From a virus: 64,000 nt of DNA. The translations under genes and the position numbers were made by a program. Below, in pieces: positions 8,155 through 15,432 of this stretch (position 1 is the stretch's first letter; each line of letters starts with the position of its first letter). The notes below the pieces were generated by a model. That model was not told where the DNA came from. It did not search any database and saw only the letters and a program-made list of their open reading frames with translations. The DNA lies in IMG/VR virus record IMGVR_UViG_3300046804_004006, positions 8,597 through 72,596 of that record, one strand, 5' to 3'.

Positions 8155-8733
8155 ATGACTTCTTTCACTGTTGAAAAGCAAGGTCAAGAGATTAACTTTG
8201 AGAGTAAGTTTGATAATCTGCAAGATGCAAAGGAATATATTGTAAATAAACTGAACTATAATGATTTCGCAATGAATCTGGTTGAGAAGAAGAAAGTGAG
8301 TGAAAAGCAAATTGCTTGGATGCACTATCTTGCAACTCAAGGTGTCATTGATTCTCAAACTCCTGTTGAGGATGGTGAGTATATGAATGTGGTCAAGAAA
8401 ATGTATGATGCAGGTAAGAATCGCAAGACTAAGTTTCAAGTGCGACTGCCTGGTATTACTCTTTCCACTGTAAATCGAGGTGCAAATATCGGTTGTGTTT
8501 ATGTCTATGAAAACAACCAATATGTTGCTAAGATTACTCAAAATGGTGAGTTGATTGGTAATGTCAGTGAGGATGTAAAGAATCTTCTGGAGGATGCAAA
8601 TGAGAATCTTTTGCAACTGGCGAAGATTTATGGTCACGAATCTGGATCTTGCTCTATTTGTGGTCGCACACTGAACGATCCTCTCTCTGTGCAAATGGGA
8701 ATTGGTCCTATTTGTGCAAAACTGTTCAACTGA
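8155..8733 (+). CDS. DUF6011-like zinc-ribbon domain protein
   Basis: C-terminal CSICGRTLNDPLSVQMGIGPICA; start corrected from 8032. Confidence 0.75.
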   Translation: MTSFTVEKQGQEINFESKFDNLQDAKEYIVNKLNYNDFAMNLVEKKKVSEKQIAWMHYLATQGVIDSQTPVEDGEYMNVVKKMYDAGKNRKTKFQVRLPGITLSTVNRGANIGCVYVYENNQYVAKITQNGELIGNVSEDVKNLLEDANENLLQLAKIYGHESGSCSICGRTLNDPLSVQMGIGPICAKLFN

Positions 8734-8754
8734 GTTCTTTATTCTTTTTTTCCA

Positions 8755-9009
8755 ATGTTTGACCAACTTACATTTGTCCCGCATCTAAATGGTATTCCTG
8801 GTGCGATTGGTGCAAGGTATAAGTTTTCCAATGATTGGGAGATTTCAGTAGTTTCTGGACCTGCTGGTTGTGGATTATATGGAAATGTTGATGATGAGAC
8901 ATATGAAGTTGCAATCTTCCGACCGAATGGACATATGACTGAAGATGTAAGTGGATGGAATACAAAACAAGAAGTATCTGCGATGATGTGGATACTGTCT
9001 CAACTCTAG
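8755..9009 (+). CDS. hypothetical protein
   Basis: KFSNDWEISVV...GLYG...TYEVAI motif seen in small phage proteins. Confidence 0.7.
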   Translation: MFDQLTFVPHLNGIPGAIGARYKFSNDWEISVVSGPAGCGLYGNVDDETYEVAIFRPNGHMTEDVSGWNTKQEVSAMMWILSQL

Positions 9010-9041
9010 TTTTTTAATCACTTCACACCACACTCTCAAAA

Positions 9042-9224
9042 ATGACTAAAACTGAAACAATCAAATTTCTCATCAATCAAATTGAAGGTGATTTGGAAGA
9101 CCTGTCTTGGCAGATTCGAGAGGAGACAAATTATGAAGATAATTCTGTTGATGATTTGAGTGAAGAGTATGATGAGAAGAAAGAACATCTAGAGAATCTC
9201 AAAAGCATTCTTTCCCAACTCTGA
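9042..9224 (+). CDS. small acidic coiled-coil protein
   Basis: ORF track. Confidence 0.65.
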   Translation: MTKTETIKFLINQIEGDLEDLSWQIREETNYEDNSVDDLSEEYDEKKEHLENLKSILSQL

Positions 9225-9251
9225 CCTAAATTAACAAAGGGGAAAAAACCA

Positions 9252-9482
9252 ATGTCTAAAACACAACGCAAAGGTAATGATTCTGATTATTACCCATACC
9301 GCCGACCAAAGACATTTAATGAAATCAAGCAACTTGAAACTTTACTTCACGATAATGAGGTAGAACTTCGAAATAGGGATAAATCAAAGATTCATAATCT
9401 TCCCACTGTTTATGATGACATTGTAAAGAGTGGATATTATGAGGATTATGATTGGAAACATCATTGGGATAAAGAATCATAG
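9252..9482 (+). CDS. hypothetical protein
   Basis: YRRPKTFNE...LPTVYDD motif. Confidence 0.65.
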   Translation: MSKTQRKGNDSDYYPYRRPKTFNEIKQLETLLHDNEVELRNRDKSKIHNLPTVYDDIVKSGYYEDYDWKHHWDKES

Positions 9483-9606
9483 TCTCAAGGTGAGTCCAGC
9501 ATAGCGATAAGGGATGCTGATAGGTAGAAGAACCCAAAGTGTATCAGGGCGAACTACGGGGCACCCTGCCCCCATGCTATGATGAACGGAGTTCAAGGAT
9601 GAGGAA
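9483..9606 (+). promoter_or_regulatory. early promoter cassette 9 (class C, no palindrome)
   Basis: TCTCAAGGTGAGTC at 9483; TGCTATGATGAACGGAGTTCA at 9575-9595; GAGG RBS. Confidence 0.7.
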
Positions 9607-9783
9607 ATGACCACTGCTCAACGGATGGAACGTCAATTCTTTATTCAAATGATTGCTCTTGTGAATGAGATTCAATCTGACAAAACTATTCTTCACTCGC
9701 AATCTGGTTCTTATCGCAAATCTGCTTGGTGCAAAGTAATTAAAACTCCCAAGCAAGATCAATCTGCACTTGCTTCTGTTTGA
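9607..9783 (+). CDS. small hypothetical protein (58 aa)
   Basis: GAGGAA RBS, MTTAQRMERQFFIQM... Confidence 0.6.
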   Translation: MTTAQRMERQFFIQMIALVNEIQSDKTILHSQSGSYRKSAWCKVIKTPKQDQSALASV

Positions 9784-9802
9784 TTTTCTCTACACTCAAT
9801 CA

Positions 9803-9988
9803 ATGATGAAACTTACTAAAGCACAAAAAGAGATTCTACTGACTCTTGAGAATGGTGATGAAGTGAATAACTGGTCGCAACGTATGCGAGCACTTCAACC
9901 ATTGATTGATGCTGGTATTGTTTACATTAAGGTGACGAATGATAAGAATGGTATTACCGAGGATGTAAGAATCGCACTGGTCGATTAG
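9803..9988 (+). CDS. hypothetical protein (possible small winged-helix)
   Basis: MKLTKAQKEILLTL...ALQPLIDAGIV pattern. Confidence 0.55.
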   Translation: MMKLTKAQKEILLTLENGDEVNNWSQRMRALQPLIDAGIVYIKVTNDKNGITEDVRIALVD

Positions 9989-10009
9989 TTCTTTTTTTCT
10001 CAAAACAAA

Positions 10010-11026
10010 ATGACATTCACTGAAGTTCTAGAATCTCTTCCGCAGTTTATTGATGAAATGCAACCTGATCTTGAGATGATTTATGATTTCATCACAGAAC
10101 AACTCTGCACTGAAGATTTAACTGATGCAGAATGGAGTCAAATTCTTAATCTTTACACTTCTTACTGATGAACGATTCTACACTTGATCTTTTTACAGAT
10201 CATGAAGATGCAGAAGATGCAACAATCGAAGAACTTGCTGCTGCATTAGAAATCACTGTTGATTATTTTCTCGCGGAGTTTGTTTGATGATTAAGTACAC
10301 CTTCGACATTATCACTCATCAACCAGTTTATGTTGTTTGTAATGTAAATCACCAACCACAAGTCATTACAACTAACATCTGCACTGCAATTCACAAACTT
10401 CAACAAGTAAAATGATTTTTCAAGTTACTGAAATTGAATTCGATTTCACTGATGATCTTGATGAAGAAGCATTAGATCAAGAAACACAAGATGAGATTTA
10501 TGATGAGGTTATTGGTCAAATCTGGGAAGCAGATGATGAAGATGATTTAATTGAAGAGATTACTTGTGCTACAGGTTGGTGCATTAAATCCATTGATTAT
10601 CGACACGTTCTAAAATGACACAATATACATACACTGTTATTGGTGGAGTTAATGAGTATGAATGTGATGTTAAGTCATTACAACTGTTTGATCGAAAATC
10701 ACAAGCAGAACAGTATGCAGAGGATATAAAGGAAAAGTGGGATTATGAATATGTTTCTATCACTGTAAAGGAGATTCAATGAAGAAGAAAAAGAAAGAAA
10801 AACATCAATTACTATCTAAAGCACAAGATGGTAATGAACTTCTTATTATTCTCAATGCACTGAAATGAAACAAGAAGCACAACTGATTGATGCTCTCTAT
10901 GAGGAACTTTATGCAAACAACTATTCACTCATCGAAAAGGTGATTGAAGAGTATGTGTTGAACTTAAATCCTATTGAAATGAATACTCTTGAAGATTTGA
11001 TTGTCAATAACTTTGGTATTGATTGA
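10010..11026 (+). CDS. run of about 7 tightly coupled short ORFs (includes 10010..10168 and 10412..10618)
   Basis: Consecutive TGATG/ATGA-type overlaps; mostly acidic peptides of about 30-70 aa. Individual boundaries were not all resolved. Confidence 0.55.
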
Positions 11027-11089
11027 TTAAAGATATAATGATATTGTTATATTAAAAATGTATTAAAAAAGATATATGAGTGTTTTATC

Positions 11090-11133
11090 TTTTCCACAAT
11101 AACTGTGGAAAAAGTATAATAAACTGTGGAAAA
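11090..11133. promoter_or_regulatory. three cyanobacterial-type DnaA boxes
   Basis: TTTTCCACA 11090-11098 (+); TGTGGAAAA 11104-11112 and 11125-11133 (-); next to an AT-rich tract at about 11027-11085. Confidence 0.6.
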
Positions 11134-11161
11134 CTTATGAATCTTAAGTCTTTTAAGTGTC

Positions 11162-11286
11162 TATAAATGTGCTCAGGTCTTGTGATCTTATAAATGCTCA
11201 TAAATGCTCATAAATGCTCATAAATGCTTATAAATGCTCATAAATGCTTATAAATGCTTATAAATGCCTCAGAGTCTTGTGATCTT
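11162..11286. repeat. 10-bp tandem repeat (TAAATGCT[C/T]A)x7 with flanking direct repeats
   Basis: Units at 11191-11260; TATAAATG..CTCAG(A)GTCTTGTGATCTT flanks both sides. Confidence 0.95.
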
Positions 11287-11293
11287 GGCCCGC

Positions 11294-11322
11294 AGTCTAT
11301 CAGCACTTGGAGATTTTGTCAA
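11294..11322 (-). promoter_or_regulatory. sigma70-type promoter, leftward
   Basis: Minus strand TTGACA-17nt-TAGACT. Confidence 0.65.
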
Positions 11323-11549
11323 GCACCCCCAGGACACATAAAAAACCCCCACACCTCACATTATAACAATATCACACTTCCGTTATATCATATAAGTCCA
11401 CATAGCATACTCTCCCTACATATAAAACACTCTCAGACACTTCTATATGCCCCTACAAGGCACTTATAGACACTCTTAGGTCTTACACCCTATAATTCAG
11501 TTATCAAGGTTCTATCAGAACTCTTTTATTCTATCATAAAATCTCCTAG

Positions 11550-11578
11550 TTGACAAGTGCTCATAATGTTGCTAGAGT
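11550..11578 (+). promoter_or_regulatory. sigma70-type promoter
   Basis: TTGACA-17nt-TAGAGT with extended TG. Confidence 0.6.
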
Positions 11579-11674
11579 AGGTTTGTTGCTGTTAAAGAGA
11601 GATAATATCAACAAGAACTTAAAGACCGTCCGAAGGACAACACGACCGAAGGGAGTGTTTCTATAAGACACTGA

Positions 11675-11703
11675 TTGACAATTACTATAAGACCTGATAG
11701 AAT
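11675..11703 (+). promoter_or_regulatory. sigma70-type promoter upstream of the 70-bp array
   Basis: TTGACA-17nt-TAGAAT with extended TG. Confidence 0.7.
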
Positions 11704-11720
11704 ATAACAATCAGAACACA

Positions 11721-11964
11721 CAAAGTTCATTCGTTATTAGAGAATGAATGTAATAGAATCTCTTATTGAGAATCAAAGATAATATCACTGAGAAATTCAT
11801 TCGTGATTAGATAATGTTCGTATAGAATTTCATATAAAGCACCTATTCTCAATAAGAACTCAAAGTTCATTCGTGATTAGATAATGTTCGTATAGAAGAT
11901 AAACAATACATATTCTCTAAGTATTGATATAAAAGTTCATTCGTGATTAGATAATGTTCGTATA
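11721..11964. repeat. 70-bp-period direct repeat array with non-identical spacers
   Basis: TTCATTCGTGATTAGATAATGTTCGTATA identical at 11796, 11866 and 11936; degenerate copy at 11726. Confidence 0.95.
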
Positions 11965-12177
11965 AGACTTTGCAGAGTATCGAAAAGTCATCAAATCCTA
12001 ATGAAAAGTATTCGTGTATTCTGCACATGCGTATAAATATTCACCAAGTCTTGTGTATTAAGTTCACAGGAACTTAGTGAATTCTTATCAGTTTCGTGAG
12101 TCGTATAAGAGTGGGGTTGACGGGGGATATAAGTTCTGCTACACTTACAACAGTCGTTCAGTTCTTCTTCACTTCTT

Positions 12178-12345
12178 ATGTCTAGTTCGTATCTCCTAGC
12201 ACAAAAGAATAAGTATCGTATCACGTTAGAACTTGACGTTCTCGGTGATTTCGATCCTCATCAGATTGATTGGAAGAAACTCTTTGACCTTGAGCATAAT
12301 GAATCGGTCAAGAGTTATGTAGAAGATCTCTCAGTGCCTTGGTAA
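12178..12345 (+). CDS. small hypothetical protein (55 aa)
   Basis: MSSSYLLAQKNKYRITLELDVLGDFDPHQIDWKKLFDL...; upstream TTGACG-17-TACACT (12117-12145). Confidence 0.7.
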   Translation: MSSSYLLAQKNKYRITLELDVLGDFDPHQIDWKKLFDLEHNESVKSYVEDLSVPW

Positions 12346-12770
12346 TTCTTATACATCAGTGAGTTTATTATCTCTTCGTGTAGATGTTCGTGTGATATAA
12401 TTATACTTTGCGTTGTTCTTTATACATTCTTCGTGTCAGTTGTTGATATAAACTCAACAATGTGCTGGCAGTTACTATAAAGAACTACGTGGAGATATAA
12501 TTATATCGTGCTGATTGTTCGTTGTGAGTATAAAGAACTGTGCTGATGTATTAGAATACACTAAGAATTGGTGGTAGTTAATATAAAGAATGACGAATAA
12601 TAATACTTATTCGTTGTCAGTTCTTTATTCGTTATAGCAGCGATTTTATGTTGTTTGTTATTGTTTATATCGGGCGTTGCGGTTATAAAAACGCTCCACT
12701 ACCCTAATCTATAACAACTCCGTACACCGACCTCGATTTATCTCTCATTCAAAAAATTCCGGAGAAAAAA

Positions 12771-12881
12771 ATGTTTACAAAATGGATTCATAAAAACGGC
12801 AAATCAAGACCAGATAAACGCTGTAAAAATTGTAAGACCCAAGCAAAGGCAAATGGTGCGCGTAAGAGAAAGAAGAAGTAA
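12771..12881 (+). CDS. small basic peptide (36 aa, CxxC)
   Basis: GGAG RBS, MFTKWIHKNGKSRPDKRCKNCKTQAKANGARKRKKK. Confidence 0.5.
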   Translation: MFTKWIHKNGKSRPDKRCKNCKTQAKANGARKRKKK

Positions 12882-13011
12882 ACCTTATTGGAACTTCTGG
12901 AAGGTTGTCTTAGTGGGATGGATAATTCGCTATCCTGGAAAAATGTTTAAAATTATCGGAGTCCCTCTTGGAATTCTTATAGCAATGATATATAAATCGG
13001 TGACGAAATAA
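12853..13011 (+). CDS. small membrane protein (52 aa)
   Basis: MVRVRERRSKPYWNFWKVVLVGWIIRYPGKMFKIIGVPLGILIAMIY... Confidence 0.55.
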   Translation: MVRVRERRSKPYWNFWKVVLVGWIIRYPGKMFKIIGVPLGILIAMIYKSVTK

Positions 13012-13032
13012 AAAATTTCCCGGAAAAATTTT

Positions 13033-13233
13033 ATGAAAAACATCGAAAAATTATATCACATATATGCAAAGGATCGGTGCATATATCACAATCTTCCAGA
13101 AAACAAATTCTATGAAACCTGGGATATGTTGCACAAAATGGTTGAGCTATTAGGTTCGAATATTTCAACAAAAGATTTACAATATGAGGAAGTATTTGTC
13201 AATAAACTTATATCACTAAACTCATCATATTGA
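13033..13233 (+). CDS. hypothetical protein
   Basis: ORF track. Confidence 0.7.
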   Translation: MKNIEKLYHIYAKDRCIYHNLPENKFYETWDMLHKMVELLGSNISTKDLQYEEVFVNKLISLNSSY

Positions 13234-13281
13234 CAAATACTAAATAGGACGATAAAATTGATCTGAAGGTTGATTTAACTT

Positions 13282-14049
13282 ATGGCAAAAGGATTTACTG
13301 TAAAAGCAGCAGCACCCAAACCCAAAGAAGGGGAATGGGATTATGATGCGATTAAAGAACGAATGAAAGGTAAGAGTATTGTCTTCTGTTTACCTGGAAG
13401 AGGATGTTCTTTTATTTTTCTAAAGGCATTTGTACAACTTTGTTTTGATCTTGTACAAAATGGAATGAGTATTCAAATTAGTCAAGATTACTCATCAATG
13501 GTTAACTTTGCACGTTGTAAGTGTTTAGGTGCAAATGTTCTTCGTGGACCAAAGCAAGTTCCTTGGGATGGAAAACTTCAATATGATTATCAACTTTGGA
13601 TTGACTCGGATATTGTCTTTGATTCTAACAAATTCTGGCAACTCTGTGATCTTTCTTTGAGTGAAGATGGTACTGAGCGTGAGATTACTGCTGGATGGTA
13701 TGCAACAGAAGATGGTCACACAACCTCTGTCGCACATTGGTTAGAAGAAGATGATTTCCGCAAAAATGGTGGAGTTATGAATCACGAAACTGTGGAATCA
13801 ATCAGCAAGCGTCGTAAGCCATTCACTGTAGATTACACAGGTTTTGGGTGGGTTATGATTAAGAATGGTGTTTTTGAAAATCTTGAATATCCCTGGTTTG
13901 CTCCAAAGATGCAAGTCTTTGAGTCTGGTAATGTTCAAGATATGTGTGGAGAGGATGTATCATTCTGTCTTGATGCAAAAGAAGCAGGATTTGAGATCTG
14001 GTGTGATCCTCGAATTCGTGTAGGACATGAGAAAACTCGTATTATTTGA
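13282..14049 (+). CDS. GT-A fold (family 2-like) glycosyltransferase
   Basis: WIDSDI DxD motif, TGFGWVMIK, GEDVSFC, VGHEK; upstream TTGACA-17-TAAAAT at 13230-13258. Confidence 0.8.
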   Translation: MAKGFTVKAAAPKPKEGEWDYDAIKERMKGKSIVFCLPGRGCSFIFLKAFVQLCFDLVQNGMSIQISQDYSSMVNFARCKCLGANVLRGPKQVPWDGKLQYDYQLWIDSDIVFDSNKFWQLCDLSLSEDGTEREITAGWYATEDGHTTSVAHWLEEDDFRKNGGVMNHETVESISKRRKPFTVDYTGFGWVMIKNGVFENLEYPWFAPKMQVFESGNVQDMCGEDVSFCLDAKEAGFEIWCDPRIRVGHEKTRII

Positions 14050-14061
14050 TGGAGGTAATGT

Positions 14062-14202
14062 ATGGCAAAGGGTGGATCTAGTAAGGTAATTTTTGAACCT
14101 GGAGCTCCAAAGAAGACTCGTCAGGGTCGTTCTCCTCGCACTTTACTCAGTGCAACTTCTCGTAATGGACGTAAAAAAAAGTATAGGGGACAAGGTAAAT
14201 AA
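14062..14202 (+). CDS. small basic protein ending YRGQGK (46 aa)
   Basis: GGAGG RBS; MAKGGSSKVIFEPGAPKKTRQGRS...KKKYRGQGK, a type I recall upstream of gp25 in T4-like marine phages. Confidence 0.75.
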   Translation: MAKGGSSKVIFEPGAPKKTRQGRSPRTLLSATSRNGRKKKYRGQGK

Positions 14203-14210
14203 ATTTTTTT

Positions 14211-14244
14211 AGAGTGCTTAAATAAAAATAAGCACTCTTTTTTT
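14211..14244 (+). terminator. Rho-independent terminator
   Basis: AGAGTGCTTA-N8-TAAGCACTCT followed by a T run. Confidence 0.7.
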
Positions 14245-14715
14245 ATGTTTTCAGAAAAAGAACTTTACATTCTCAATTGGATCAAGAAAGTTTCAGAATT
14301 AAGACCCGAACTAAATGGATTTGCAATTTGTCCATTTGCAGCAAAGTCTAAATTTAAAATTGTAGAATGTTCAGTAGAAGAAATATATCCTATTGAAGGG
14401 TATGAGGTAATTATTTTTATCGTTGAAGACTATCTAGACCTAAATTCCATTAACTTTTGGGTTGATCATCACAATTCAATGCATAAGAATTGGAAATTTT
14501 TTGAAGATTGTGGTTTATATGATACTTATATTAATGGGGTTCAGACCAATAATGGAAAATATAACTTGATTTTGGGACAACCAACTGATAAACTGCGTAA
14601 ATTTCGCGAAAAATTAGCAAAAACTGATTATTATAAGATGTGGGATGAAGAATATTTGAAGGAAATTCTCGAAGATGACTATGATATAATTAGAAGTGGG
14701 ATAGCAACCCCGTAA
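14245..14715 (+). CDS. hypothetical protein (ICPFA motif)
   Basis: ORF track. Confidence 0.75.
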   Translation: MFSEKELYILNWIKKVSELRPELNGFAICPFAAKSKFKIVECSVEEIYPIEGYEVIIFIVEDYLDLNSINFWVDHHNSMHKNWKFFEDCGLYDTYINGVQTNNGKYNLILGQPTDKLRKFREKLAKTDYYKMWDEEYLKEILEDDYDIIRSGIATP

Positions 14716-14748
14716 AAAGTTCTGATTTAACAGATCAGGAGCTAAAAA

Positions 14749-15006
14749 ATGACCAAACAAGTTGATAAAGACAAAAATTTTATGAGAAGTGAATGGGGAA
14801 CTCAATATTTGTCTTCGGAGTACGGTTGGGAAGCAAAAATTGACAATCAAAAAATGCTTCGTGAGATTGCAAATGACGATTTAACGCCCAAAAAGCATGA
14901 TTTTTTCCATCAAAATGAAATTCATGCTCAAATTCGCAATGATAATGACTATGATGACTGGGAATATGGCACAGAACCACTTTATGAATCAAAAAATCCC
15001 GAATAA
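14749..15006 (+). CDS. hypothetical protein
   Basis: AGGAG RBS; ORF track. Confidence 0.75.
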   Translation: MTKQVDKDKNFMRSEWGTQYLSSEYGWEAKIDNQKMLREIANDDLTPKKHDFFHQNEIHAQIRNDNDYDDWEYGTEPLYESKNPE

Positions 15007-15029
15007 ATAAGATAGAATTATCATATTCA

Positions 15030-15431
15030 ATGCCTCTAGAGAGAGTAAGTCAGGGATTTAAAGACATTAGTATGACATTTCAGGCGAATCCCCTGAATAA
15101 CGATCTTATTGCGTTAAAAAATGAAAGTGCTATTGCACGTTCAATACGTAATATTGTTTTTACTCTCCCTGGAGAAAAATTTTTCAATGAAAATTTTGGA
15201 TCTAAGATTTCTAGAACTATTTTTGAAAATGTAGATAATATCTCAGCATCAATTATAGTCGATGAAATACGTCAATCAATTATAAACTATGAGACTAGAG
15301 TTCAATTGATTGATGTCCAAGCATATCCAGACTATGATAATGGTAGTTTTGATGTGGTACTTATATACAATATAATAGGTGCAGATGTTCCTGCACAACA
15401 GTTACAATTTGTTTTGCAACCAACTAGGTAA
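15030..15431 (+). CDS. gp25: baseplate wedge subunit gp25
   Basis: AIARSIRNIVFTLPGEKFFNENFGS...INYETRV; late-promoter ATAAATA at 15003. Confidence 0.92.
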   Translation: MPLERVSQGFKDISMTFQANPLNNDLIALKNESAIARSIRNIVFTLPGEKFFNENFGSKISRTIFENVDNISASIIVDEIRQSIINYETRVQLIDVQAYPDYDNGSFDVVLIYNIIGADVPAQQLQFVLQPTR

Positions 15432-15432
15432 A

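Noticed and set aside
11254-11469. 71-aa + strand ORF (also 11991..12224 on the minus strand)
   Set aside because: Starts inside the tandem repeat, has atypical composition and no RBS; likely spurious.
11721-11964. Formal CRISPR array call
   Set aside because: Only three exact repeats, no cas genes in the window, repeat unlike the CRISPR families I recognise, and spacers share internal motifs. Kept as an unexplained array.
12751-13032. A/T-tract inverted motifs AAAAAATTCCGGAGAAAAAA and AAAAATTTCCCGGAAAAATTTT
   Set aside because: Only two low-complexity copies; could be bent-DNA elements, but support is too weak.
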